Assembly (NCBI GenBank): GCA_963665275.2
Contig: CAXXIN010000019.1
Span: 160,001-224,000, forward strand
Origin: Negativicutes bacterium
Lineage (GTDB): Bacteria > Bacillota > Negativicutes > UBA1444
DNA: 64,000 nt
Reading direction: 5' to 3'
Shown: positions 35,713 to 45,857 of the stretch, piece by piece
How the letters are laid out: each line of letters begins with the position of its first letter
Numbering within the stretch: the stretch's first letter is position 1
Notes under the pieces: model-generated
Told to the model about the DNA's origin: nothing
Databases searched by the model: none
What the model saw: only the letters and a program-made list of their open reading frames with translations
Program-made: the position numbers and the translations under genes

Positions 35713-38700
35713 TTAAGACGACCAACTGGCACCATCGGTTGTCTTGGTCCCGTTCGCGAAAGTGAAACTATTGAGTTTATGCCCAGGGTCCAAGTTCCAA
35801 CCGGCTATAGTGACCGTATCACCGCCGATGGTGATGGTCAGGTCATCCCCGATCGAACCTAAAGTAGCGTCTGTACTCTGGAACGAGCTAAAGTCGATCT
35901 TATCCAAATTATTCTCAGTTGATCCGGCAATTGTGTCATTGCCGAAGCCTGCCGCTGTGAAACTGTATGTGTCGATGCCTGCGCCCCCTGCGAGCCAATC
36001 GTTACCCACGCCGCCGATCAGTGTGTCGTTCCCTGCACCGCCATCCAGCGTGTCATTCCCAGCGTCACCCCACAATGAATCGTTACCAACTGCGCCATTC
36101 AGAGTATCCATCCCGGCGCCGCCGAGCAGAACATTGTTCAGGGCGTTCCCGCTGAGCAGGTCGTCGCCGCTGCCGCCTGTCGCGTTTTCCATGTCGCCGA
36201 GACTATCCAGGTACAGACTCACGTTCGTTGTATACGCCGACGCATCCCACAGGTCCGTTCCATCTCCGCCGGACACGATTGGATCCGCGTCATAGATCAG
36301 CACGTCGTCCCCGTCTCCGCCATAGAGCTTATCTGTTCCCGCTCCCCCGTCCAGCGTGTCGTTCCCCGCCCCGCCGATGAGAATATTGACGCCGCTGTTC
36401 CCCAGCAGCGAGTCGTTGCCGCTGCCGCCCGTGGCGTTTTCGAAATCGGCATGGGTCACCAAATCCAGCGTGAGAGCAGTGGTCTGCGCCGAGGCATCCC
36501 ACAGGTCCGTTCCATCCCCGCCGGTTACTGTTGTATCCGCCGCATCATAGACCAGCACGTCGCTGCCGTCTCCGCCGTCGAGCACATCCGCTCCCGTTCC
36601 CCCGTCCAGCGTGTCGTTGCCGATGCCGCCATAGAGCGTATCGTTGCCGGATCCGCCACTTAGCGTGTCGTTGCCGGATCCGCCGGTGAGTACATTGTCG
36701 GTGCTGTTTCCCGTAAGGGTGTCGTCGCCGCTGCCGCCGATGGCGTTTTCGAAATCAGCGTAGGTCGCTGTCAAGTCGAGATTGAGCGCCGTGGTCTGCG
36801 CCGACGCATTCAGGGTATCGTTGCCGCTGCCGCCGGAGATCACCGCGTCAGCCGCATCATAGATCACTGCATCGTTACCGTCTCCGCCGTAGAGGCTATC
36901 GACGCCTCCCCGGCCATTCAGCGTGTCGTCACCGATGCCGCCGGTCAAAACGTTGGCCAGTGTGTTCCCGCTCACGATGTCGTTGCCGCTGCCGCCGATG
37001 GCATTTTCCATATCACTGAGGGGTTCCATATCCAGCGTCACGCCCGCGGTCTTCGCCGACGCATCCCACGTATCGGTTCCGTCGCCGCCGAACACAGCCC
37101 AATCAACATCATAATAGATCAGGGTATCGTCGCCGTCGCCGCCAAAGAGTCGATCCAGTCCTTCGCCACCGTCCAGCGTGTCGTTGCCGGCTCCGCCCAT
37201 GAGAATATTGACGAGGCTGTTCCCCAGCAGCGAATCATTACCGCTGCCGGTCGTGGCGTTTTCGATGTCGTCGTGACCCACCAGACTCAGCGTCACAGCC
37301 GTGCTCTGCGCCGACGCATCCCATAGGTCCGTTCCATCCCCGCCGGATACTGTTGTATCCGCCGCATCATAGACCAGCACATCGTTGCCGTCCCCGCCAT
37401 TGAGCACATCCGCTCCCGCGCCCCCGTCCATCGTGTCGTTGCCGGTTCCTCCATTGAGGGTATCGTTGCCGGTTCCACCATAGAGCGTATCGTTCCCGGA
37501 TCCGCCGGTGAGGATGTTGTCGGTGCTGTTGCCTGTGAGGGTATCGTCGCCGCTGCCTCCTATGGCGTTTTCGAAATCAGCGAAGGCCGTTGTCAGGTTC
37601 AGATTGAGCGCCGTGGTCTGCGCCGATGCATCCAGGGTGTCGTTGCCGCTGCCGCCGGAGATCACCGCGTCCGCCGCATCATAGATCACTGCATCGTTCC
37701 CGGCTCCGCCGTAGAGACTGTCCACGCCGTCCCGGCCGTCCAGCAGATCGTTGCCGGCTCCGCCGGTAAGAATGTTGGCCAAGCTGTTCCCCTTCACGAT
37801 ATCGTCCCCGCTGCCACCTGTGGCATTTTCCATGTCACTGATGTTTTCCATATCCAGGGTCACCGCCGCGGTCTTCGCCGATGCATCCCATGTGTCGGTC
37901 CCGTCGCCGCCGGACACGATTGTATCGGCATCATAGACTAGGACATCGTCCCCGTCGCCGCCGTAGAGACGATCCGCGCCGACGCCGCCGTCCAATGTGT
38001 CGTTGCCGGCCATGCCATTCAGAGTATCGCTTCCGGCGCCGCCGAGCAGAACATTGTTCAGGGCGTTCCCGCTGAGCAGGTCGTCGCCGCTGCCGCCTGT
38101 CGCGTTTTCCATGTCGCCGAGACTATCCAGGTACAGACTCACGTTCGTTGTATACGCCGACGCATCCCACAGGTCCGTTCCATCTCCGCCGGACACGATT
38201 GGATCCGCGTCATAGATCAGCACGTCGTCCCCGTCTCCGCCATAGAGCTTATCTGTTCCCGCTCCCCCGTCCAGCGTGTCGTTCCCCGCCCCGCCGATGA
38301 GAATATTGACGCCGCTGTTCCCCAGCAGCGAGTCGTTGCCGCTGCCGCCCGTGGCGTTTTCGAAATCGGCATGGGTCACCAAATCCAGCGTGAGAGCAGT
38401 GGTCTGCGCCGAGGCATCCCACAGGTCCGTTCCATCCCCGCCGGTTACTGTTGTATCCGCCGCATCATAGACCAGCACGTCGCTGCCGTCTCCGCCGTCG
38501 AGCACATCCGCTCCCGTTCCCCCGTCCAGCGTGTCGTTGCCGATGCCGCCATAGAGCGTATCGTTGCCGGATCCGCCACTTAGCGTGTCGTTGCCGGATC
38601 CGCCGGTGAGTACATTGTCGGTGCTGTTTCCCGTAAGGGTGTCGTCGCCGCTGCCGCCGATGGCGTTTTCGAAATCAGCGTAGGTCGCTGTCAAGTCGAG

Positions 38701-39080
38701 ATTGAGCGCCGTGGTCTGCGCCGACGCATTCAGGGTATCGTTGCCGCTGCCGCCGGAGATCACCGCGTCAGCCGCATCATAGATCACTGCATCGTTACCG
38801 TCTCCGCCGTAGAGGCTATCGACGCCTCCCCGGCCATTCAGCGTGTCGTCACCGATGCCGCCGGTCAAAACGTTGGCCAGTGTGTTCCCGCTCACGATGT
38901 CGTTGCCGCTGCCGCCGATGGCATTTTCCATATCACTGAGGGGTTCCATATCCAGCGTCACGCCCGCGGTCTTCGCCGACGCATCCCACGTATCGGTTCC
39001 GTCGCCGCCGAACACAGCCCAATCAACATCATAATAGATCAGGGTATCGTCGCCGTCGCCGCCAAAGAGTCGATCCAGTC
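35713..39080 (-). CDS. RTX Ca-binding protein 1, C-terminal part (continues 39029..42757 across a 1-bp frameshift)
   Basis: GGxGxDxLx nonapeptides, ~80-aa modules, C-terminal WNL...LNSFTF motif; no credible start of its own. Confidence 0.85.
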
Positions 39081-40215
39081 CCTTCGCCACCGTCCAGCGT
39101 GTCGTTGCCGGCTCCGCCCATGAGAATATTGACGAGGCTGTTCCCCTGCAGCGAATCATTACCGCTGCCAGTCGTGGCGTTTTCGATGTCGTCGTGACCC
39201 ACCAGACTCAGCGTCACAGCAGTGGTCTGCGCCGAAGCATCCCACAGATCCGTTCCATCCCCGCCGGATACTGTTGTATCCGCCGCATCATAGACCAGCA
39301 CATCGTTGCCGTCCCCGCCATTGAGCACATCCGCTCCCGCGCCCCCGTCCATCGTGTCGTTGCCGGTTCCTCCATTGAGGGTATCGTTGCCGGTTCCACC
39401 ATAGAGCGTGTCGTTGCCGGACCCGCCGGTGAGGATGTTGTCGGTGCTGTTTCCCGTGAGGGTGTCGTCGCCGCTGCCGCCGATGGCGTTTTCGAAATCA
39501 GCGAAGGCCGTTGTCAGGTTCAGATTGAGCGCCGTGGTCTGCGCCGATGCATCCAGGGTGTCGTTGCCGCTGCCACCGGAGATCACCGCGTCAGCCGCAT
39601 CATAGATCACTGCATCGTTCCCGGCGCCGCCGTAGAGACTGTCCACGCCATCCCGGCCGTTCAGGGTGTCGTTAGCGTCGCCGCCGGTCAGAACGTTGTT
39701 CAGGCTGTTCCCGCTCAGAATATCGTTGCCGCTGCCACCAATAGCGTTTTCCATGTCACCGAGGGGATCCATATCCAAGGTCACCGCCGTGGTCTTCGCC
39801 GAAGCATCCCAGGTGTCGGTTCCATCCCCGCCGGACACGATTGCATCGGCGTCATAATAGATCAGGGTATCGTCCCCGTCGCCGCCATAGAGCCGATCCG
39901 CGCCGACGCCGCCGTCCAGTGTGTCGTTGCCGGCCATGCCATTCAGAGTATCCATCCCGGCGCCGCCGAGCAGAACATTGTTCAGGGCGTTCCCGCTGAG
40001 CAGGTCGTCACCGCTGCCGCCTGTCGCGTTTTCCATGTCGCCGAGACTATCCAGGTACAGACTCACGTTCGTTGTATACGCCGACGCATCCCACAGGTCC
40101 GTTCCATCTCCGCCGGACACGATTGGATCCGCGTCATAGATCAGCACGTCGTCCCCGTCTCCGCCATAGAGCTTATCTGTTCCCGCTCCCCCGTCCAGCG
40201 TGTCGTTCCCCGCCC
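36096..40215. repeat. ~1.92-kb near-identical tandem duplication (~2.1 copies) within RTX gene 1
   Basis: Sequence lines from 36121 and 38041 are identical for ~1 kb (period 1920); a third partial copy starts near 39965. Confidence 0.92.
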
Positions 40216-42757
40216 CGCCATTGAGCGTATCCAACCCCGCGTCGCCATTCAGTATGTCGTTGCCTGCTCCGCCGGAGAGAATGTTGTCGAGACTGCTCCC
40301 TGTGAGCGTATCGTTGCCGCTGCCACCCGTGATATTTTCGAGGTCGACGTAGGTTCCCGCCAAGGTCAGGTTCACGGCCACTGTCTGTGCCGACGCATCC
40401 AGCGTATCGGTTCCCGCTCCGCCTTTCACCACCGTATCGGCAGCGTCGTAAATTAGCACATCGTTGCCGATACTGCCATAGAGTTCATCTGCTCCCGCTC
40501 CGCCGTCCAGCGTGTCGTTGCCATCCCGGCCATCAAGCGTATCGTTGCCTGCTCCACCATATAGACTATTGTCACCGCTGTTTCCATAGAGGTTGTCTTT
40601 CCCACTGCCGCCCTTGGCGTTCTCAACGTCGTTCAGCCCCAAAATAGCCAGATCCAGTGTCACAGCCGCGGTCTGCGCCGACGCATCCCACGTGTCGATT
40701 CCATTTCCTCCATATACTCCCGTATCTGTTGCTTCATAGATCAACACATCATTGCCGTCGCCACCATAGATGCGATTAGGGCCTGCACCGCCATCCAGCG
40801 TATCGTCGCCGGCTCCGCCATCCAAAACATTTTCCGCGCTGCTCGCGTTGCCGATTAAATAATCATTGCCACTGCCACCTGTGGCATTTTCGACATCGGT
40901 ATGACTCCTCAGATCCATCGTGACTCCCGTGGTCTGAGTCCTCGCATCCCAGGTGTCGTTGCCCGCTCCGCCAGATACCACTGTGTCAGCCGCATCATAG
41001 ATCAATACGTCGTCATCTTCGCCGCCATAGAGATCATCCGTTCCGGCTCCACCGTTCAGCGTGTCGTTACCGGCCAATCCGTTCAGGGTATCGTCGCCTG
41101 CGCCGCCGGTGAGCGAGTCGTTCCCGGCTGTTCCCGTGTAAGTTGTTCCCGCGCCGAAGGATACGGTCGCAACCCCATCGGTCGCCTGCAGGGTTCCCAT
41201 CTGGTAGCCGCTGCCCAGATTCCAGTCTTTCAGCGTCAGACTGCCGCTCGATCCTGTGATCGTGATGACCAGGTCGTTGCCGCTCAGCGCGCAATTCAGT
41301 TCCGCCTTGGTTGCGTCGCTAAACAGGACAGTATCGAGGTTGCTCGCAGCATCACTTGCGACAATATCATTTCCCTGACCCTTGAAGTACACATATTGAT
41401 CAGTTCCTGCACCGCCACTGAGCATGTCGTTGCCGACTCCACCAGTCAGGGTGTCATTTCCGTCGCCGCCACTGAGCGTATCATCGCCACTACCGCCATC
41501 AAGCGAATTGTTCACGCTGTTGCCGGTGATGCTATTGGCCAGGCTGTTGCCGGTCCCGTTGATCGCGCCCGTTCCCGTCAGCGTCAGGTTTTCCACGTTG
41601 GCCCCGAGGGTATAGGTGACGGACGATTGCACCGTATCAGTCCCCTCGCCGGCATTCTCCACCACCGCATCTCCTGCTGCGTCCACAATATAGAGATCGT
41701 CGCCCGCGCCGCCCAGCATCGAGTCATTGCCGGCCCCACCGGTCAGGGTGTCATTGCCGGCCAGACCGTAGAGCGTATCATCGCCGCTGCCGCCGTCGAT
41801 TGAATTACCCAGACTATTGCCGGTGATGCTATTGGCCAAGCTGTTTCCTGTCCCGTTGATCGCGCCGGTTCCCGTCAGCGTCAGGTTTTCCACGTTGGCC
41901 CCGAGGGTATAGGTGACGGACGATTGCACCGTATCGGTCCCCTCGCCGGCATTCTCCACCACCGCATCTCCTGCTGCGTCTACGACATAGAGATCGTCGC
42001 CCGCGCCGCCGAGGAGCGAGTCATTGCCGGCCCCACCGCTCAGGGTGTCATTGCCGCCCAGACCGTAGAGCGTATCATTTCTGGTTCCACCAATCAACAT
42101 ATCATCACCTGAGGTTCCTGTTAACGTCAAATTCAATACGTCGTCAGTCCAGCCATGACTGTATCCAAATTCAATGTATTGCGTAATTGCTGCAGCCCTG
42201 TCAGTACCGAGTTCTGGGTAGTTCGCCAAATACTGGTCTACATCAAAGCTTATCGTTCGTCCTTCCGAGTAGCCATTAGTAATATAGTGTGCGGCCGCCG
42301 CCGTCTGGTTCGTCCCGAAGGCCGCCATCAGATCCCCGTACGACGCCGTATACTCCAGTGCGTTGAAGGTTACCGTTCTCCCCTCCGAATGCCCATTTGC
42401 GATGTAGTGCGCCGCCGCCGCCGTCTGGTTGGTCCCAAAAGCCGCCATCAAATCGCCGTATGATGCAATATATTCGAGTGCATTGAAAGTTACCGTTCGC
42501 CCTTCCGCATGCCCAGTGGTGATATAGTGCTCTGCTGCCGCCGTCTGGTTCGTCCCAAAGGCCGCCATCAAATCGCCATATGATGCAATATATTCGAGTG
42601 GATTGAAGCTAACCGTTCGCCCTTCCAAATAGCCAGTAGTACTATAGTGCCTTGTCGCCGCCGCCGTATCGGTCCCGAACGCCGCCATCAGATCCTCGTA
42701 CGATGCAATATAATTCAGTGCGTCAAAATTTTGGAGTGAGCTTTCCAGTGTAGCCAT
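39029..42757 (-). CDS. RTX Ca-binding protein 1, N-terminal part (frameshifted at ~39081)
   Basis: Start MATLES after GGGAGG; 40-aa [12 protein letters not shown] repeats then RTX repeats; reads out of frame after DGGEG. Confidence 0.88.
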   Translation of the reverse strand: MATLESSLQNFDALNYIASYEDLMAAFGTDTAAATRHYSTTGYLEGRTVSFNPLEYIASYGDLMAAFGTNQTAAAEHYITTGHAEGRTVTFNALEYIASYGDLMAAFGTNQTAAAAHYIANGHSEGRTVTFNALEYTASYGDLMAAFGTNQTAAAAHYITNGYSEGRTISFDVDQYLANYPELGTDRAAAITQYIEFGYSHGWTDDVLNLTLTGTSGDDMLIGGTRNDTLYGLGGNDTLSGGAGNDSLLGGAGDDLYVVDAAGDAVVENAGEGTDTVQSSVTYTLGANVENLTLTGTGAINGTGNSLANSITGNSLGNSIDGGSGDDTLYGLAGNDTLTGGAGNDSMLGGAGDDLYIVDAAGDAVVENAGEGTDTVQSSVTYTLGANVENLTLTGTGAINGTGNSLANSITGNSVNNSLDGGSGDDTLSGGDGNDTLTGGVGNDMLSGGAGTDQYVYFKGQGNDIVASDAASNLDTVLFSDATKAELNCALSGNDLVITITGSSGSLTLKDWNLGSGYQMGTLQATDGVATVSFGAGTTYTGTAGNDSLTGGAGDDTLNGLAGNDTLNGGAGTDDLYGGEDDDVLIYDAADTVVSGGAGNDTWDARTQTTGVTMDLRSHTDVENATGGSGNDYLIGNASSAENVLDGGAGDDTLDGGAGPNRIYGGDGNDVLIYEATDTGVYGGNGIDTWDASAQTAAVTLDLAILGLNDVENAKGGSGKDNLYGNSGDNSLYGGAGNDTLDGRDGNDTLDGGAGADELYGSIGNDVLIYDAADTVVKGGAGTDTLDASAQTVAVNLTLAGTYVDLENITGGSGNDTLTGSSLDNILSGGAGNDILNGDAGLDTLNGGAGNDTLDGGAGTDKLYGGDGDDVLIYDADPIVSGGDGTDLWDASAYTTNVSLYLDSLGDMENATGGSGDDLLSGNALNNVLLGGAGMDTLNGMAGNDTLDGGVGADRLYGGDGDDTLIYYDADAIVSGGDGTDTWDASAKTTAVTLDMDPLGDMENAIGGSGNDILSGNSLNNVLTGGDANDTLNGRDGVDSLYGGAGNDAVIYDAADAVISGGSGNDTLDASAQTTALNLNLTTAFADFENAIGGSGDDTLTGNSTDNILTGGSGNDTLYGGTGNDTLNGGTGNDTMDGGAGADVLNGGDGNDVLVYDAADTTVSGGDGTDLWDASAQTTAVTLSLVGHDDIENATTGSGNDSLQGNSLVNILMGGAGNDTLDGGEGTGSTLWRRRRRYPDLL
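42240..42730 (-). repeat. 120-bp tandem repeats encoding F(D/N)[16 protein letters not shown]...HY..G..EGRT
   Basis: Four full copies plus a shorter fifth visible in DNA and protein. Confidence 0.88.
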
Positions 42758-42807
42758 TCGATTCAATCCTCCCATTTTTTAGTTCACAGTACAGTATTCA
42801 CGTGACT

Positions 42808-42838
42808 AAAACCCATCTAACAATTCTGTTAAACAAGG
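42808..42838 (-). terminator. leader terminator (riboswitch expression platform) of RTX gene 1
   Basis: CUUGUUUAACA-GAAU-UGUUAGAUGGG-UUUU adjoining the aptamer 3' end. Confidence 0.55.
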
Positions 42839-42908
42839 CGGGTGGACTCACTATTCGCTCCACACAGGACAAGTGACCGAATACATCCTGCGTTTCATTG
42901 CTCCACTT
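42837..42908 (-). ncRNA. c-di-GMP-II-like riboswitch aptamer (variant)
   Basis: GUGGAGCAAUGAAACGCAGGAU...GGUCACUUGUCCUGUGUGGAGCGAAUAGUGAGUCCACCCGCC: kink-turn-like GA pairs, stem, UCACU/AGUGA pseudoknot; second copy at 55152. Confidence 0.78.
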
Positions 42909-43183
42909 CTTTCGGAAAAGGGCAACGCATTGAAAATGATTCAACAACTTATCTTAATTATAATGTCGCCAATTTTTTCACGGCACCGTGCGCCCTTATA
43001 ATGTTTTGCTAATTATTTTACTAATTCTTATAATTTCTGATAAAAGCAAACTAACACTAAGTGGAATCACAACTAATTTCCAACTTCAAAGTTGCTGCCA
43101 CGATTCAATGGCGTGTCAGCGCGCGGCGGAAAAAAGATCATACTCCAACTGTGCCAATCTGCATTTCACTGCAAGCGCACCAT

Positions 43184-43211
43184 AAAAAAACGTCCGATGC
43201 AATATCGGACG
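43184..43211 (-). terminator. intrinsic terminator of the T1SS-GT operon
   Basis: CGTCCGAT/ATCGGACG stem followed by T7. Confidence 0.8.
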
Positions 43212-43247
43212 CGCGAATTATTCCATTAAATTCCCAATTGTGATTTT

Positions 43248-44465
43248 CTATTGTCGGGCGGCAAGCCTGCGCAGCAAGCCGATATGTATCGGCAGCAATT
43301 TTTGCAGCGCGTAGCGATCCAGGATGGTCTGCCGGGCCCTGATGCGAAGTTCCTTATAATCGTCCGGTCTGGCAAGCACCTCAACCACCCGTCCGGCAAT
43401 TTTTTCCGGGGAGAAGAAATCGATGTGCAGACCGTTGACGCCATCAGAGATTACCTCGTTCACCGGCGCAGTATTGGATGCCACTACCAGAGCGCCTGCC
43501 GCCATCGCCTCGAGCATCGACCAGGAAAGTACGAACGGGTAAGTTAGGTAGACATGAGCCGAAGAAGCCTGCAGAACTTTGAGATAATCAGGCTTGGGCA
43601 AAAGCCCGGTGAAATGAACCCGCGACAGATCCAGCGGCACTTTTTCCAGCATGGCCTGTTTGAACGTCTGTCCACCTGGCAAACTTCGCCCATAGGCAAC
43701 CCGGTCCGCGCCGACGATCACAACATGACATTCCGGCCGTTCCTCTATGATCAGCCGCACGGCTTCGATGAACTGGGGAAATCCCCGATAATCCTCCATC
43801 CCCCTCGCGACATAGGTGACAATCTCCCGGACATTCGACAGATCCAGACCGATTTGCGGCAAAACCAGTTTGATTCCGGGCTCCGGTTTGATAATTCCGG
43901 TGTCGACACCATCGTGAATGACGCTGATCTTTGGCTGATATTCCAGCGGAAACTGCCGGTGCTGCCAATAAGTCGGACTGACGCCCCAGTCGCAGCTGTC
44001 TAAGTCCAGCAGGATCGGCGCGTTTTTCACGCGGATTTTCAATTCCCCGTCAGGGCTCAGAGGATTGGTCGGATCAAAATCTGCATCCGTCCCGTGGGCA
44101 TGATAAAACCACTCGAACAGACAGATCAGTTTGCTCTGGGGGAAAACATCCTTCACAAAGGTCGGCAGCCCCCATCCCGAGTGCCCGTAGACCACATCCG
44201 GGATAAACCCCTGCTGCTTGAGCTTGCTCAGTTCCCGATAAACAGCCTGTCCCTGCAGGATCGCATTTTCAAACCCCTGCAGGTAGCCATGCGTTTGTTT
44301 GCTTACCTCGCGCGGAGTTTTATAAATGATTTTCCGGACACCTGCAATGCTTCCTTCCTCGCGATTGGTGATGAACACCACTTCATTTTCAGGGCTATGT
44401 GCCAGATAGGAAGCCAGATGAACAAACTGCGCCGGAAAGTTGGAATGGAGAAAAACAATGCGCAT
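43248..44465 (-). CDS. glycosyltransferase family 4 in the T1SS operon
   Basis: FLHSNFPAQF, HSGWG, RGMEDYRGF, YLTYPFVLSWSMLEAMAAG. Confidence 0.9.
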   Translation of the reverse strand: MRIVFLHSNFPAQFVHLASYLAHSPENEVVFITNREEGSIAGVRKIIYKTPREVSKQTHGYLQGFENAILQGQAVYRELSKLKQQGFIPDVVYGHSGWGLPTFVKDVFPQSKLICLFEWFYHAHGTDADFDPTNPLSPDGELKIRVKNAPILLDLDSCDWGVSPTYWQHRQFPLEYQPKISVIHDGVDTGIIKPEPGIKLVLPQIGLDLSNVREIVTYVARGMEDYRGFPQFIEAVRLIIEERPECHVVIVGADRVAYGRSLPGGQTFKQAMLEKVPLDLSRVHFTGLLPKPDYLKVLQASSAHVYLTYPFVLSWSMLEAMAAGALVVASNTAPVNEVISDGVNGLHIDFFSPEKIAGRVVEVLARPDDYKELRIRARQTILDRYALQKLLPIHIGLLRRLAARQ

Positions 44466-44477
44466 CCGTTCTCTCCC

Positions 44478-45857
44478 TTACCTTTCCCTGAGCCCTTCGC
44501 TCTGGTATTTGCGGAAGGGGTCGAGGAAAAATTCGATGATGCGTTTTTCCCGGGTCTTGATCTCGGCGGACACTGTCATGCCCGGTCCCAAATAGACCTT
44601 CTGGTCGCCGACGTTCACATAGTCGCGGTCCAGCTGAAGGGTCGCGCGGTATACGCGGCCTTTGTCCTTGTCATCGATGGCATCGGCGCTGATTTCAACG
44701 ACCTGTGCGTCGATATAGCCGTATTTCTGGAAATTAAACGTTTCGATTTTGACCTGCGCCGGCTGGCCTCTGTAAATAAAGCCGATATCCTGGTTGGCTA
44801 CCCACGCTTCGACTTCCAGCTTCACATCATTGGGCACGATGACCATCAGCGGCTGAGCCTCGGTCACCACCCCGCCGATGGTATGCATGGCCAGTTGGGT
44901 CACTCGACCGTCGATCGGCGAAGTCAAGCGCGCCAGCCGGTTCTTCTCGTCCGCCTTTTTCAGGTCTTCCATTCCCGCCTGCAGCAGTTTGCGGTCATCC
45001 ACCAGTTTCGTCGTGATGTCGCGGTTCCGTTCCGCGATCACGCTTTGCATAGCCTCCTGGCTTTGGGCTAGAGCAGCTTGGGCCCGCATGATTTCACCTT
45101 CCTGGGCCATCAGGTTTTGCTCCAGCTCGATTCGTCTCCCCCGGTAGTCCAGTACCGTAAACTGGGAGATGGCATTCTGCGCCAATAGGGTCTCCAGGCG
45201 TGCTTCCCTGTCCTTGGCGATCTCATAGAGGGCTGCATATTTGTCGCGGTTGATGCGGGCCACGTTCACGGCGACCACGCTCTGGCTGACGTTGTGCCGG
45301 GCAGTGAGGATCTTGCTGTTGAACTCGGCGGTGCGACTCGCATAGAGCCCCCGTTGGAAGGATAGGTCCTTTTCATCGATGTCTGGATTGTTCCCCGGTT
45401 TAAAGGGCGTATTGTTCATCTCCGCCAGCAACCGATCGATATCCAGGCTGTAATAAGCGATTTCCTTCTTAATCCGGGCCAGGTCGGCGCCGGAGAAGGT
45501 CTGGTCCAACTCAATCAGCAGATCGCCTTTTTTGACGGTCTGTCCGTCTTTGACGTGGATGGATTTCACGACACCTTTACTTTCCGGCTGGATGACCTTC
45601 ACGAATCCGCTGGGGATGATTTTGCCTGGAGCCACGGCGACTTCATCCACGTGACCGAAGACCGACCACAAAAAGGCGATGCCAATGATCGAGACGATCG
45701 TCCAGACCAGGTAGCGAATCGTCGGCGACACCGGATTTTCGGTAATCTCCAGGATCGCTGGCAGGAATTCGGTCTCTTCGCGCGCCAGGGTCTCCTTGCG
45801 CTTTTGTTTCAGCTTCTGCCATTTGGCCATGATTTTTGCTTTAAGTTCCATCATCAT
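44478..45857 (-). CDS. hlyD: HlyD-family type I secretion membrane fusion protein
   Basis: EFLPA.LEI...P, TM, V.DGQ.VKKGD.L, SPIDG.V, FNFQKYG, PGM.V.AEIKT. Confidence 0.94.
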   Translation of the reverse strand: MMMELKAKIMAKWQKLKQKRKETLAREETEFLPAILEITENPVSPTIRYLVWTIVSIIGIAFLWSVFGHVDEVAVAPGKIIPSGFVKVIQPESKGVVKSIHVKDGQTVKKGDLLIELDQTFSGADLARIKKEIAYYSLDIDRLLAEMNNTPFKPGNNPDIDEKDLSFQRGLYASRTAEFNSKILTARHNVSQSVVAVNVARINRDKYAALYEIAKDREARLETLLAQNAISQFTVLDYRGRRIELEQNLMAQEGEIMRAQAALAQSQEAMQSVIAERNRDITTKLVDDRKLLQAGMEDLKKADEKNRLARLTSPIDGRVTQLAMHTIGGVVTEAQPLMVIVPNDVKLEVEAWVANQDIGFIYRGQPAQVKIETFNFQKYGYIDAQVVEISADAIDDKDKGRVYRATLQLDRDYVNVGDQKVYLGPGMTVSAEIKTREKRIIEFFLDPFRKYQSEGLRER

